Shown here: one piece after another, positions 39,270 through 52,304 of the stretch | How the letters are laid out: the number at the start of each line of letters is the position of its first letter | How positions within the stretch are numbered: position 1 is the first letter of the stretch | From: Camelus ferus | Taxonomy: Eukaryota | Direction of reading: 5' to 3' | Length of the DNA stretch: 64,000 bases | NCBI RefSeq assembly: GCF_009834535.1 | Contig: NC_045698.1 | Coordinates: 1,242,001 to 1,306,000 of the forward strand | Position numbers and translations under genes: made by a program | Notes under the pieces: model-generated | Databases searched by the model: none | What the model was told of the DNA's origin: nothing | Seen by the model: the letters and a program-made list of their open reading frames with translations, nothing else

Positions 39270-40590
39270 GCAAGAAACTCAGATCTCCTTTATATGCAGA
39301 TAAATCCAAATCTGCATCTCCAGCAGTGGATACCCTCCCCAAATGGCAGACCACCCACCCACCTGTGCCCGGGATGACTCAGTTTCTACAGGGAGTCAGC
39401 ATGCAAAGCCCACCTGTGCTGACCCGATCCTTACCTTCCTCCCACACCTGCTCCCAGGCCCCGACAGCCCCTCTCAACTCATCGCAGGGCTTTCCTCCTC
39501 GTGGCTCAAGTCCCAAGCTTCAGATCGGTCTTGGCTTCTCTCCATCTCCGGAGCCCACATCCAGTCGACGGCCAAACTGCCGGCCCACCTTTCTCCCCAC
39601 TCACCTGGTCTCAGTAGCCTCGGCCCACCAGCACTCACCCGGAGCACTGCAGACTGTGACGTGGGTCCTCTGTATCTGCTCATCCCCTGCAATCTGTCCC
39701 CCACCCAGCAGCCAGGGTGATCCTGGAGAGGCCCTGCCCCTCAGGGTGAGAGCCAGCTTTGTGCTCAGTGCGTCCAGACCCACCATCTGCAGCTCCCCTC
39801 ACCTGTCTGGCTTCTGCTCAGCTTCACTCACTTTCTTGGCCACGCCGGGTCCTTGCTGATTTTGGATGGTGCCCAGCATGGTCTCACACCCAGGATCTCC
39901 TTCTCCCCTCCATGCTGGGCTCCTCTTCCCCCTGTTCCATTCCTGTCTGCTCAAATGTCACCTCCTCAGTGAGGCCCTCTATGGCTACTAGAATGTAAGT
40001 CTACTCCACCCTGTGGCTACTCCACCCCGTGGCTACTCCAATGCAAGTCTACTCCACCCTGTGGCTACTCCACCCCATGGCTACTCCAATGCAAGTCTAC
40101 TCCCCCTGTGGCTACTCCACCCCGTGGCTACTCCAATGCAAGTCTACTCCCCCTGTGGCTACTCCACCCCGTGGCTACTCCACCCCATGGCTACTCCAAA
40201 GCAAGTCTACTCCACCCTGTGGCTACTCCACCCCGTGGCTACTCCACCCCATGGCTACTCCAAAGCAAGTCTACTCCACCCCGTGGCTACTCCACCCCAT
40301 GGCTACTCCAAAGCAAGTCTACTCCATCCCGTGGCTACTCCACCTCATTGGTACTCCCCACCCCATGCCCCCCTTCCCTGCTTGGTGTGTCTCCTTGGCC
40401 CATATATTCTCCACCTCCCCATATATTCCATGGATTCGTTTCTTTGGTTCTCCCCACTCCCCATCTAACTGTGTGTGCCCAGCAATTTGCCCTCAGTTTT
40501 CCGCTCTGGTCACTTTCCTCTAGAACCCATGAGCTGTCTCCAGACACAGCAGCTGCGCATTCAGAGTGTGTCAGGTGAGTGGGTGAAAGG
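39270..40590 (+). mobile_element. L2 LINE remnant (RT region to 3' end) containing an expanded minisatellite
   Basis: 'ttatatgcagataaatccaaatctgcatctccagc' resembles the L2 YADD-region DNA. 'ctgctcaaatgtcacctcctcagtgaggcc' is a typical L2 3' motif. The degenerate tail is 'gtgagtgggtgaa'. Confidence 0.65.
39981..40346. repeat. Minisatellite, 23 copies of a ~16-bp unit (core CTACTCC) with higher-order structure
   Basis: Units gtggctactccacccc, (a/g)tggctactccaa(t/a)gc and aagtctactccaccct were read directly from the sequence. Confidence 0.95.
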
Positions 40591-43099
40591 CATTCTCATC
40601 CACTTTCCCTTCTCTCCCTTGCAGGAGCAAAATTTTAAACAATCTACTTTTCATATGATTAGTTCTAGAGCTAAGAGTTCCTTGGGTTGTCTGTGTAGAG
40701 TGTGTATGCCCCTGCCTTCAGGGCCCACTCTCTTACCCAGAGGGCTTCACTGTGTGCTTCCACAAAAAGACAGCTTCTCCCCTGCGGGCCTGCTGGGCAC
40801 ACACGCTTGTGTGTTTGTCTCAGGAGGCGTCCCACGTCCGTGGAGCGGGCCTGCTAAACGCGCACTGCTCTGTTCCATGCAGAAGCTGAGGGCACCGTCC
40901 AGGCGCTGGCCTGTCCCCTTGCTGCCCCGTGTGGGACCCAGGTTGGCTGCAGTGTCTCCTGTTTACACCTCCATCCAAGGAGCCCCCTCACCTGCTGCAG
41001 GGACCCAGTGTCACTGGCCACCTTAATCTGATCTGTTCTCTATTGTTGCCTGGGAGCCAAGGGGGACACAGAAGAAGAGGGTGACATCACAGTCCCTAGA
41101 GCCCAGTGGGCCACCATCTGGGCACCGTGCTCACGGCCCGGGGGAACCCTGGACATGCAGGAGGTCGGCTGGAGCGGAGAGAAGTCCGAGCTCTCACACC
41201 AACTGCCTTGTCCACCTGGGAGCTCAGCTGCACCTGGGCTGCGGTCACCGCCCGAGACCACGAGTGGGGGCTCCGGCCTTTGTGAAATGGCCCGCACAGC
41301 TGTTAAGGGGCTGGGAACCAGCCCTCGGCCTCCTTCTGCTTCGGGAGAGTCCATCTCGGCTGCTCGAGGCCCTACCTTCCTGACCCGGCTCCCGCCTGTG
41401 GCCAGGCCTCCCTCTCCAGGCTGCCCTCCTAGCGTGGCCAGGGTCCTGTGTGCGAAAAGCCACGTCTGATGTCTGGCCGATCCCCAGGGTGCGTGTGGTG
41501 CCCAGACATGAGCCTCTGGAAAGCTAGCAGGTGAGAGGTGCAGGTGTCCAGGGCCGTGAGCACTCCTATCGCTTACTGTGGAAAAGGAGATTTCAGTTCG
41601 CCTCTGCTGGGCCTGCCTCCGCCTCATGACAGCTCCACCCCGTCTACTCTGTCTCACGAGAGGCCATGGGGAGGCACACGCCTCCCCTGCCCTGGAGCCC
41701 GGCCGCAGCCCCTCCTCCTGGGCCTCCAGGGCCGAGCCCCCTCTCTGCTGCTCGTGGCAGTGGGGGGGGGGCCCTAACGTGACCTCCCCCTTGAGACCCT
41801 GCCTGCAGGGGGCCTCACAGATGAGCCTTTTCCCTAAGAAGTCAGGGAGATGCCCGCCTCCGTCCCTTGAATTAACGCTGGTGGGTGACACTGAGACAAA
41901 CAGGAGGACCCAGCGCCGAGGAAGCCGTGCCCGGCGGGCACAGGCCCCGGGGCGCGGGCGGCCGTGGAGCTGGGCTGGTCCGCCGGGGCCCGGGGCTCCT
42001 AGGCTCGGCACCGCGGTCCTGCCACAGTCAGAGAGACGGTGGATGAGGCGACAGGTCCCGCTCTGCGGCTGTTTCCTGATCTTGGACTATGTTCCGGAAG
42101 ACACTTTCACCTTTTCATCAAGATGGGGAAGCACGGTCATCCATGAATTGCTCTCATCTCTCACTTCACCGAAGTAAACGCTGACTGGATGCTGGCTCCC
42201 TGCCGGCGCTGCTGGACGTGCCGGGAACTCAAAGTGAACCACCTAAGCCCTGCCGTCTGCTTGGCCCCAGACACACACCTTGACGTTAACGCCGTCTCCC
42301 AAAAGCCTGCTTATGCTTGAATTTGCTGATGTCTGCACGTTAGGGTGGCCCACGCGCCTCCACAGAGCCCGCTGCTGACACCCCACTGGCTGTCCGACGG
42401 CCCCCACCTCCCAGGACGAGCGTGGCCTGCTCCCCTCCACGTGTGTGGGACCCTCTGTCCACGTTTGCCGGCATCAGTGTCCCCAGGCCCCCGTCCTGCA
42501 TCTTCCTTACGGGGCACTGCTCCCACCAGCTCGTCCCGCTCCGGCGGTGCCCCCGGCCACGCGGCTCCCGCCCGGCCCTCCCGCTGAGAACTCCGCGGAC
42601 GTACCCCTCACCGCGGACATACCCCTCACCGTGCATCAGGACCATGCAGCCTGAGCAGCCGACGCCACTCAGACTCCGTCTGCAGGGGCTCCTGCTAATA
42701 AAACAAGACAGAAATGGGAACCGTATTTACCACACCTGGTGGCGGTCTCTGCATTAGAAATAGGAGCTCAGTGTTGACCAATCACAGAGCGAAAACCCAC
42801 AGACGCTCCCAGAGACGTGCCCTAGGGTGACAGGTGAGGCCCGTCTTCGGGGGAGGCCTTGTGGGGAGGAGCATCCTGGAGCGGGGATGCACCCCGGACG
42901 CCCGGCCTGCTCTGCAGGGGCTCCTGACAGCTGGGGCTGAGGGGGGCGTCCGTGCGGCTGAGGACAGGCCCCACGTGAGGGTGGCCTCTCCCTAGTTCCC
43001 GGGGACGAAAGACCCCAGAGAGGTTCTGAGGCTTGAACAGTTACTGAGTCTCATCAACGTAAGTGACTCAGATCATAAACGTTTCTGCCATTAGGCCCC

Positions 43100-43432
43100 T
43101 GCTATGGTCTGAGTGCTCGTGTCCCCCAGATCCGTGTGTGGGGATCCTAACCCCCAGTGATGGTGCTTGGAGGTGAGGCCTTTTGGAGGGGTGATCAGGT
43201 TATGGGGAGGAGCCCCGTGGACGAAATCGGGGTCTTCATACAAGACACTCAGGAGCTTCGTAGCCCCTCCCGCCTGTGAGGACACAGGAGAACCTCTGAA
43301 GCAGGAAGGGCCCCACCACGCCGTCGCCCTGGTCTCGGACGCCCGGCCTCCCGAGCTGCGGGAAGCGTGCTCCGTTACTCATGAGTCGCGCATTCAGAGG
43401 GGTTGGTTGCAGCAGCCTAAGGGAAAAAGACT
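43100..43432 (+). mobile_element. MaLR solo LTR (MLT1A/B-like)
   Basis: Starts 'tgctatggtctgagtgctcgtgtccccc', includes 'ctaacccccagtgatggtgcttggaggtgaggcctttt' and 'tgtgaggacacag', and ends 'gcagcagcctaag...aagact'. Confidence 0.8.
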
Positions 43433-45685
43433 AGGTCGCTGAGCCTCTCTGTCACGCTAAGGGACAAAGCCCCAAATGGATTGTTTGGAATTGGGATCCT
43501 AAGAACAGGGTTTGCTGGACACAGTTGCAACTTTGTTCCACCGATGCTCCCCGGGAGACGACCGAGGCCTTGGAGGTGCCTGGGTGGCCGGGGTGGTGGG
43601 GTGGGGCCATGGAAACTGAATCGAGTTGGCCCCCGACACCCTCCCCTCCTCACATCCATGTGCTCTGGGGGCCCCTCAGCCCAGCAGGCAGGGTGCTGCA
43701 TCTGACTGGATCCAGGGCTGAAGCCTTGAATTCAAATTTTCAAGTTTTGTTAACCAGAGAGGCACGCATCTTTGAAGCACAAGCATCGTATTTTGGGACC
43801 TCTCGAATGTGGGTTCAGTCGTGTCTTCCAGTGGGGACCATGTCATGGGGCCCTGTCCCCAAAGGTGATCTCTGTGTGGCATGCCCCCGTGGGTGGTTGT
43901 GACCCCCAGCCTCGCACAGGGAAGGGGTCGGGGCCCTGCCTTCCCCTCTCTTTCTCCCCCTCCCTTTTATTTCCCAAACAAGCTAAGAGTTTTTATAATT
44001 CATCACCTGGCTGACAGATGAGTTCTGCTAGAGAATATTAGAAAATGTCTCAAATCTCATATATATGCTAATGGTATGCCGCGGCGGGTTGGCGCTGTGC
44101 GGGGTTTTAATCTGTCTTGGCCGGTGCGGGGAACGGACGAGTCGACACTCGACAATTTACGATCAAACAGCTGAGTCGTGAAGGAAGAAGGACACGCAGA
44201 AAGGGAGGGTGGCTTTCTGATTTAACAGTGTTGTTACTACAAATAAAGAAATCTTGATTTTGACTGCACTCGACATTAAATGAGTTTCCTGTGCCCGGCG
44301 CTGAATTTTTCATTTGCAGATTCGGAGAAAGCAGCCGGGCTCAGATACCAGCGACAGATAAGGAAACGGCTGCACGTGGAAATCAAATGTGTGTAATAAA
44401 GCCGTCTTCTGCTTATTAAGTAAACACAGGTAGGTCGCCCTGTGCAGGCTGCGCTGCCGACGCTTCGCGGCCTTCCTCTTTCCTGGCGGTCACGAGGCAT
44501 CTGACTGAGCCACCATGCGTGCTGGGTCCCGGCCTCCGGCTTTTGACCTGCCCGCCGCCCAGGGCTCCGGCCGCTGGGAAGTGCGTGCAGCACTGGTTTT
44601 GGCCCCACAGTCCCTGCCTCCACGCGTGATGTCACTACGTCACCGTGAGCACCACGGCCAACCTGGAGGGCGCACCGCTAAGGCTTGTTTTGCTGATGTT
44701 CCCATTCTGGAAACAGCACGGCTGGAGCAGGAGGGGCGGGGACGGGGACGCGGTTCTGAAAGGCAAGGGACGCTCAGCTGGGACCCCCGCAGCCTGCTTC
44801 TAGAAAGGCCGTGACTGAAGCGCTTGCGTCCGGCAGGCCTGCTCCTGGGGCGGGACCGCTCCCGGGACAGCTCCGCTCCTGGGACAGCTCCTCCGGTGTC
44901 CAGGGCTGGCTGCGGAGGGAACCTGGAGACGGGGACGCAGGCGTGGGGACAGCTGAGGCGAGAGAGGCCAGTTCAAACCTCGAGACAGGCGGGGGCTTCT
45001 GTGTTTACCGAGAAGGACCCCTGCCCCGCCCCAGTCAGGCCGGCATCTGCGGGCAAGGCCACGGCGTGGGGCGAGGGGGCACTGCTGAAGCCGGCGCCCT
45101 CACGCCCTCTGCGGGCCCCGTGGGGCTAACCGGTCCGGCACACAAGTGACAGGTCACTGTGTCCGGTGGAGAAGCGGGAGCGGATGGATTCCAGCGGCAG
45201 GAATGAGAAGCAGCGGGGCTGCTGAAGCACTTGGGGAGGAGGCTGGAGGCGCAGGGGCCAGGCTCTGTCTCCGGGAGACCTCGTGCCGGGAGGAAGGGCT
45301 GTGTCCCTGCACTCCCAGATCACCTGAGTGACATTTTCTCGAAGTTTCTAGCTTTTTGGAAGTCAGGGTACAAGTCAGTGCCAACATGGGGCGTACAAGC
45401 GCGAAGTCTTTCCATTTCATTCAAGTTTCAGTATAAACCCAGATTCCCGAATGCACTTTTGTTGCTTTTTACACCATTGTCAGCTTTAAGTTTTTAATCT
45501 ACCCATCTATCTATTATCTGTCTATTACCTATTTTGCTTAGCTCACTTTTTTTTTAAATCTCGCACACAAGCACCTGGTTCTCACTCAGCACGGTTTGGT
45601 AAGGGAAGCACCGGGCTGCGTGCTGACGGACGCGGTGACCTCTTCCGCCGTCACAGGTTTAGCCCTGGGTCAGGCGGGTCTGACC

Positions 45686-45915
45686 CAGTGGTTCTCACCT
45701 GGATGTGCCTTTGCCCTCCACCGCCCACCCCCGGACACTTAGCAGTGTCTGGAGACACTTTTGATTGTCAAAGCTGGGGAGAGGGCGCACAGGGGACGGC
45801 TGCTACTGGCGCCTAGTGGGTCAGGGGGCCCACTAAACACCCACACCCCACGGACGGCCCACGCGGAGGAGGTGTCTGGTCCGATGGGCAATGGCACTGG
45901 GGCTGAGGGCCCCTG
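45686..45915 (+). mobile_element. MER20-like hAT-Charlie DNA transposon remnant
   Basis: 'cagtggttctca...cagtgtctggagacacttttgattgtca...tgctactggcgcctagtgggt...ctaaaca...ccctg' is collinear with the recalled MER20 consensus. Confidence 0.8.
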
Positions 45916-48039
45916 GCCTGGCGCACCGGCGTGGGGAGGGCCAGCAGGACTCGGGCAGGTGGGGGGTAGAGGAGCCAGGCCGGGACCCATAAGCTGTGCT
46001 CCCAGTGCCCCGCCCCTCCCCGGCGAGGAGGGACCATGTTTTCACTTCACTTCGCGGCTCCGCGGGTCCCTGAGCAGACGGCCCAGGACTTCTGTTTTAT
46101 TTTCCCTTTAAAGCAACGTGTGTCCTTGAATTGGTGCTGAAATGGGGGGTTGGACGTGGGGCACGAGTCGGCTGGTGCTGGTCGCTGGACACAGAGGAAG
46201 CACAGGCCAGGCAGGCTGGTGGCCACCAGGAGGGGCATGTGGCGTGGGGTGGGGAGGGGCGTGAGGTGGGGAGGGGGTGGTGCTGAGCGGTGAGTCCCAC
46301 TTATCCAGGTCAGTTGAGAACAACGACCTGGAAGATTCGGAGCCCAAGTCAGCCGTGCGGCGGAGAGCGTTTTCAGAAGGCGGCGTAACTTTTATTTACA
46401 TTACACCGCCGCCCCGCTTGGAACTTAATTTCACGTCTCTTTGGTAAGCTATTTATTCCAGGAAACAGCGTTCTTACTGTACAGTTCTAATGAGGTGCTA
46501 GAGGCATTCACAGTGTCAGCTTTTATTTTTGAAGAAAGAAGAAACTGCCGCTTTAATCTGCTACCCAGGGAAAGTGCACGGACGCGTGGGAGCAGACACC
46601 TGGAGCGAGCTTGCTTTGTGCGCTAGGTCTGTGAGTGTGTGCACGCCTCTTAGAAATGCTTCTTTGTTTCTGAGCCAGAGGAGTACAGCTGAGAGTGTAA
46701 GAAACAGCCTCTGTTTGCTCTTTGGGGATGCGGGGACATCCCCTCCAAACATCCCCATCTCGCCGTGTCTGCGGTATGGGAAGCGCGGGGTGGGAACGCC
46801 ACCCCAGGTGCCGGCTGCACAGCAGGCAGGGCTCCCACAGACTTCCCAGCTTCTCGTTTAAAACCCTTCTGGAACTTTCCAGGCCTTAGAAGGTGGATCA
46901 GTCTGCTGACTGGACACCCCAGTTGCCTTGTTACTTTCCTTAATTCAACCAGCTCCATCTGGGTTGCGGGAGATGGCGCTCTGCCCTGAGATGACAATGT
47001 TTGTAAAGAGATGCAAGCGTATTCCCTACCGGAGTGTTCAGGCAGTAATTTGATGAACCCAGAGCCTGGCGGCTCCTTCTCTAGCTCAGTCCGCCTGAGG
47101 TCCTGGGTGATGTGGTTCAGAGCAAGGGTGAGCTGCAGGAGAAGGCAGTCACGTCCCTGCGACCAGGAATTCCAGCAGGCGGCTGCCCTGATCTTGGCAC
47201 CAAGGGCTCGAAGATCAGCTGGTTTTTTCGCGTCCCTGAAGCCCTTCCAGAGTGGAGAGGCTGCATCCGACCCTCAGAGCATGTTCTAGGTCCCTCTGCA
47301 GACGCCCCTTCACATCCGTCTCCTCCTGAGGCTCCATCAGGGCTAAAGAGAGCCCTCACGCAGGGGCTCCGGAGGCGGGGGCTGAGCCACGTCACACACG
47401 TGAGCGCTCAGCCGGCTGCTCGCCCACGCCGGGCCGGGGCCGTGGCGTCACCACAGCTAAACGCTTCGCCTCATCTCCTTGTTCTCTTTTTTGTTTGTTT
47501 GTTTGTTTGCTTTAAAAATAGCATTTCTTGACTATTTAGATATCAGAGAAAAGTATAAAAATAAAACACATGAATATTCCATAACGGTGAATACTAACAC
47601 ATCTTTTCTCTGCAAAAATAAAAACGTAACCGTTATAAACTGTTGGAACGAACTCAAGTTAATGTTTTGCTATCACACTTCTTCCATTTAACATAGTAAC
47701 AGTGGCACTTTCCTGTTTTACTGTTGGGTTTGAAAGTATGATTCAAAAACAATTGTGTTTCACTGAATCCCCCGGATGTTCCATAACTTACTAAGCGGCC
47801 TCGACGTCTTCTGACTTGATTTGTTATCAGTTTTATCGGATGACACAATTCTGTGATGACCGCCCGTGTGTATTCTGCAGTCTCCCTGCTCGCCCGGCTC
47901 CCTCGGGTCTCAGGAGCTGGACGCAGAGAGGGCGGCTGCAGGGGCCGGGGTGCCCGTGATGCAGGAGCCGGGGAGCATCTTTGCAAGGACCGTGACAACG
48001 GTGCTGCGAGTCAGGGTTAAACCCGTCTGGGTCCTCAGG

Positions 48040-48165
48040 CTGTGCGGCAGGTCTCCAAGTGCTTTATGTGGACCAGCTAATTTCATTTTCACAACAGCCC
48101 GGGAGGTAGGTACCGGGTACAGTGATGTCCCAGTAAGCGGGATGAAAACTGACCCGGAGGACAGG
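48040..48165 (-). mobile_element. MIR SINE remnant (antisense)
   Basis: 'ttcacaacagcccgggaggtaggtac...gatgaaaactgac' resembles the antisense MIR core. Confidence 0.5.
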
Positions 48166-48299
48166 GAAGGATCCCACGGGGGCAGAGCTCCACCTGCCGC
48201 CCCACAGGGCCAGGAAGCCCCCCCGCCGTCTGTCACCTGCTTCCCGGAGCTCTCAGCTGTGGTTTTGTTTGGTTTTGTTTCTGTCTTGTCACCTGTATG

Positions 48300-48370
48300 T
48301 GAACATTCCAGAATGGAATGAACATTCCAGAATGGAATGAACATTCCAGAATGGAATGGGCATTCCAGAA
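48300..48370. repeat. 19-bp tandem repeat (gaacattccagaatggaat) x3 plus a partial copy
   Basis: Perfect copies at 48301, 48320 and 48339; partial 'gggcattccagaa' at 48358. Confidence 0.95.
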
Positions 48371-49434
48371 GGAGGTGCCTATTCCACACCACCTCGGGTC
48401 CAGCCTTTGGTCCAAGGATCCAATCCCAGCCTTTTCCAAGCTCCTCGCCAGCTGCATCCTCCTCTTGCAAGGACGCCTGTGGGTGGTGCACATCCTTGTC
48501 CCCGGCCACCTTGGCACCCTGCAACCCACCTCAGCCGATGTGATGTGGAGCGTCCTGCAGCGGGGAAGCATTGCTTCCAAGCACTCCCCACCTGGGCTGG
48601 GCTCTTATTCAATCTGCGCAGAGTTTCTTTGCTATTAGCAGAGGGATCCTTCTAGAAGATCCAGGACTTGACATATTCTGTGTGTGGCAGTAATGAAGAG
48701 ACGCCCCCAAAGGGCTAGCTGCAGGTGGACACACCCTCCCCTCCTCCCACCCAACCCCAGAGGAGGTGGAGCTGTGAACTGAGGGTCCTCAAGGTTGCTG
48801 CTAACTCCGGGGCTATCCCCGCCCTACGTCATTTGCCTCCTCCCACCCCCGGGCAGCCAACAGAGGTACATTTGCCGGGCTGTGCAGAGACTAGGGGTGT
48901 GTGCAGATGGTCTGTGATTCGATCTGAACAGCACGCTTCCTGTGCCATGCAGGTGTACATCATGCTCTGAGCCGGTAGATCTGAGCCCACGGACGCCACC
49001 TGCCCTACTGCCTCCCTCCACCCTCGCATCCTTCTTTGCGCGTCCCGAGAGAATCCGTCTGCCTGGATCATGCGTGCGTGAGAGCATGATGAGTGATGCT
49101 CTTACTCTGCAGGGGAGACCCAGGAGGATTTCAGCCTCATACCCACGTCATCCAAGCCCTGGACGCATCATTTCTCCAAAAGCTGTCTCCCTGTCTCGGC
49201 TTCCTAGATGTTCCCTTTTCTGTCCTCCTCTGACCTGGCTGATAGCAGCGGTCCACCCATGCTCTCCAAATTCCACTCCTTTTTTATGCAGAGACATTTA
49301 TGGGATGCTAGCTTGCATTTTCACACCCAGGGATTCAGCAAAAATAGGCACTAACAAAAGCAGAGAGACAAAAAACACCAGCTAAGACATCTCCGGTTAG
49401 AAGGCTCTGTGGGTGGAGATAATATGTTGCTTCT

Positions 49435-49769
49435 GTGTCCTGTGTCTTTAGAGAGACGAGAGAGAGAATTTAAGAAATTAATGTATGCAATGCTGGAGGC
49501 TTAGAGAGTGTAAAATCTGCAGGGTGGGCCAGCAGGCTGGAGACTCAGGGCAGAGATGCACTTCATCTTCTGGGAGGTTAGACTTTGTTCTCTCCAGGCC
49601 TTCAACTGATTAGATGAGGCCCACCCATATTAGGCTTTATTCAAAGTCCACCAATTTTAATGTTAATTTCACTCAAAAAACACCACCATAGAAATATTCA
49701 CAAAAATACTTGACCCCATATCTGGGCTCCATGGCCCAGCCAAGATGACACATGAAACAAACTATTGCA
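49435..49769 (-). mobile_element. ERVL solo LTR (MLT2-like)
   Basis: 'aaatctgcagggtgggccagcaggctggagactcaggg', 'aggccttcaactgattagatgaggcccaccca' and 'catggcccagccaagatgacacatgaaa' resemble antisense MLT2. Confidence 0.85.
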
Positions 49770-51189
49770 GGAAGACTGGGGCACATGCTTAAGCTGACCC
49801 CATGGTGCTTTACATACACGTGGCTCTCCTGGCGTTGTGGCAGAGGGTTGCCAATGAAAGGCTCATTCAGGGCACTGCTCTCAGCCCTGCTGCACTTCCA
49901 GCCCGCACCCCTCACCCACATTGCATCCAGTGCTCCTGCGTCACACAGGTGAGCATTACCCGTGGGGGAGGGGGGCGGCCTTGAACGCTGAAGCATCACT
50001 GGGCAGAACAGGCCCTGGGCCCACCCTTCCCGAGCCCTGGAACTCAGGCAGGACGCTCCCAGATCCCAACATAATCTATGTTTTGTAATTAGACCTAAAC
50101 TCTTTTGCTTGTCATGCAGGCTTTTCCAGAGACTTGGTCTTTTTATAGCATTTTTAAAAAGTTTGATTTTAACTGACTGAAGAGGCGCACATGGAGAAGG
50201 GGCCCAGGGCTTGATGCACGCTGCAAAGAGGTGGTTGTCCCTCTCCCAACGCAGCCTGGAAGACGGGCGCAGACGTGTACCCCCATCGGGCTGGTTCTGC
50301 CCGCCATGGCGTCACTGTCTTCCTTTCCAGGGTGGCTGCCATGCGTCCGGGGCGTCCGGGCCATCCGGTCCCCGCTGGACCAGTTGCAGAAGGGGGGCGG
50401 CTTCCTCTGCTCTGCAGGAGCGGCTGGAATGCCCTGGGTAAGTGTTATTGATTTCAGAGCAGCAGGCTTATTTCTTGGCAGCATGATTGCATTTCTAGCC
50501 AGTTCCCATTGAATTAATTTTTGTTGTTCTGTGTTTGAAGTTCAGACGGGAATAATTGGCCTGCAAAGGACTCCTTGCCTTCCCGCCGAGTGATGAAGCT
50601 GGAGGCAGGCACCTCCCCGCCTCTCCAGGGAAAGGTTGGTTTTGAAGCCTTTTGCGATTTCCAGGAGACCGTTCTGACTCTGCCTGCCGCCAGCGGTGGA
50701 CGAGGCAGGATGGCAGGTGGACACTGCGCTGCTTATCTCCAGCTGTTTGTGGCCCGAGAGGAGGCAGCTCGGGGGGACCCTACGCCCTGCGTGGGGGAGG
50801 TTTGCCGCCTTTGATTCCCCTGAGATCCAGTGCTTTGGGTCTGCAGTGTGAGCTGGAGACCAGGGCGTCGTGAAATTCCACTTTCCAGACCTCACAGCCT
50901 CCCTGGTCTGCGGACCTCCCCAGTCACCCGCTCACAGGCTGCACTTCAAAGCAGCCAGCTCCTCTGATCCCTCCTGCTCCTGCTTGGCTTTGTTTTCATT
51001 CTCTGCTGCTTTCAGATCAGGCCTTGGTGCTACCTGTGCTCAGAGATGTCGGGACTTCCTCTCTCCGTCCTCACGTGACATGGGGGATGCCCTGGACTTG
51101 GGGGCACCTCCTGTGCTCAGGGGCCAGACTCCTTGGCCAGGCAGGACAGCCCCTGGTGAGCACGGTGGTCGGTGTGACAGTCGGTAGTT

Positions 51190-51290
51190 TTGTGACTGTA
51201 ACTCGATCTACCTCACAAGGCTTCTGGGGAAATAAATGAGGTAACGTGCAGGAGGGCTCTCTGGGCGCCTGGGAGCGCTGCACGGATGCT
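51190..51290 (+). mobile_element. MIR 3' remnant
   Basis: 'tctacctcacaaggcttctggggaaataaatgaggtaacgtgca' resembles the MIR 3' region. Confidence 0.5.
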
Positions 51291-52304
51291 GGCCGCTCTC
51301 ACTGTCAGTGACGTGTGCACGGCCGGTGGGGGGCCAGGCACTGCCCTCTCCATTTCCCTTGGGTCTGCTTCCTACTGAGGTCAAAGCACTGGGTGTGTGA
51401 TGGGGCACTGGAGGCCACGTACGTACCTGCCGGTGTCCACAGCTCACCAGAGCCCCTAACCCGCTCCTCTCTATTTGCAGAGATTCAAGGAGAAGCCACA
51501 GCCTTTTCAAAACATTGAGCATTGAGCTGATAGTTTAGAAATCAGTCGTTTTCTCATTGAAAATGGAGGGGTCCTGGCTGGGGGCTTGGACGTAACACTG
51601 TTTTATCTGCAGCCCAGTTTTAAACCAGTCATACTGCAGTGGTACATGGCCCAGGGTCTTGGTACCAAGGTTCAGGGATTCTCCTGGGCGGTGTCTGCAG
51701 GGCAGGGGGCAGCGGGCAGGGAGGGGAGCTGAGTGGTCTGGACCCTCGCTTCATCCCACAGCGGCCGGGAGGAGTTCTCCGCGGGTGTGTGGAAGCTGGT
51801 GAGGATGAATGCGGGGAAAGTCAGTGTGAGAGCGGTCCTAGCCAGGGAGGGCTGGGGCCACGGGGGGCTCACTGCTGGCTGGTGTCCTGGGAGCTGACGG
51901 GGCAGGAGGTGTTTCAGGGCCCACGGATCTTGTTTGTTTTGGTGCCTGAACTTTCTGGAAATTGAATTCATTATAAATGCCTACAACATGTGCCCGTCTT
52001 TTAATCCAGTTGTAATTCTGCTGAACTTCCGTGCGGTTAACCCCACCTCCCCTCCTGTGCTGACGAAATCAGGTGAAGAGGCTTCTACTGAAAACTCATT
52101 TTGGTTTCCGGAAAGAGCAGGCTCAGCCACGGGGAAAGCGGGTGAGCGGCTCACCTCCTGTCTGCTGACTGTCCGGCCTCTGAGAGCTGCCTCGCCTGCA
52201 GGAGGCCGGGGGGCCCCACAAACGCAGATCCTCCCCCACTTCTGGTCACATCCCCCGACTCTGCGACTGAGCGGAAACCGCGCGATCCGCTGCCGAAGCG
52301 AACG

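Noticed and set aside
39125..39859. 244-aa ORF on the plus strand
   Set aside because: It largely overlaps an L2 fossil. Only 'LYAD' recalls the RT motif, and the catalytic YADD is not intact.
39981..40346. CRISPR-like regular array and the repetitive ORFs 40013-40578
   Set aside because: There are no unique spacers and no cas genes, and the context is mammalian. It is a plain minisatellite, and the ORFs arise from stop-free repeat units.
41040..42011. 323-aa ORF on the minus strand
   Set aside because: GC-rich DNA with Pro/Gly/Arg/Ala-biased translation, overlapping ORFs in other frames and no recognisable domain.
42593..42631. 18-bp tandem duplication (ccgcggac[g/a]tacccctca x2)
   Set aside because: Two-copy slippage duplication with no evident function.
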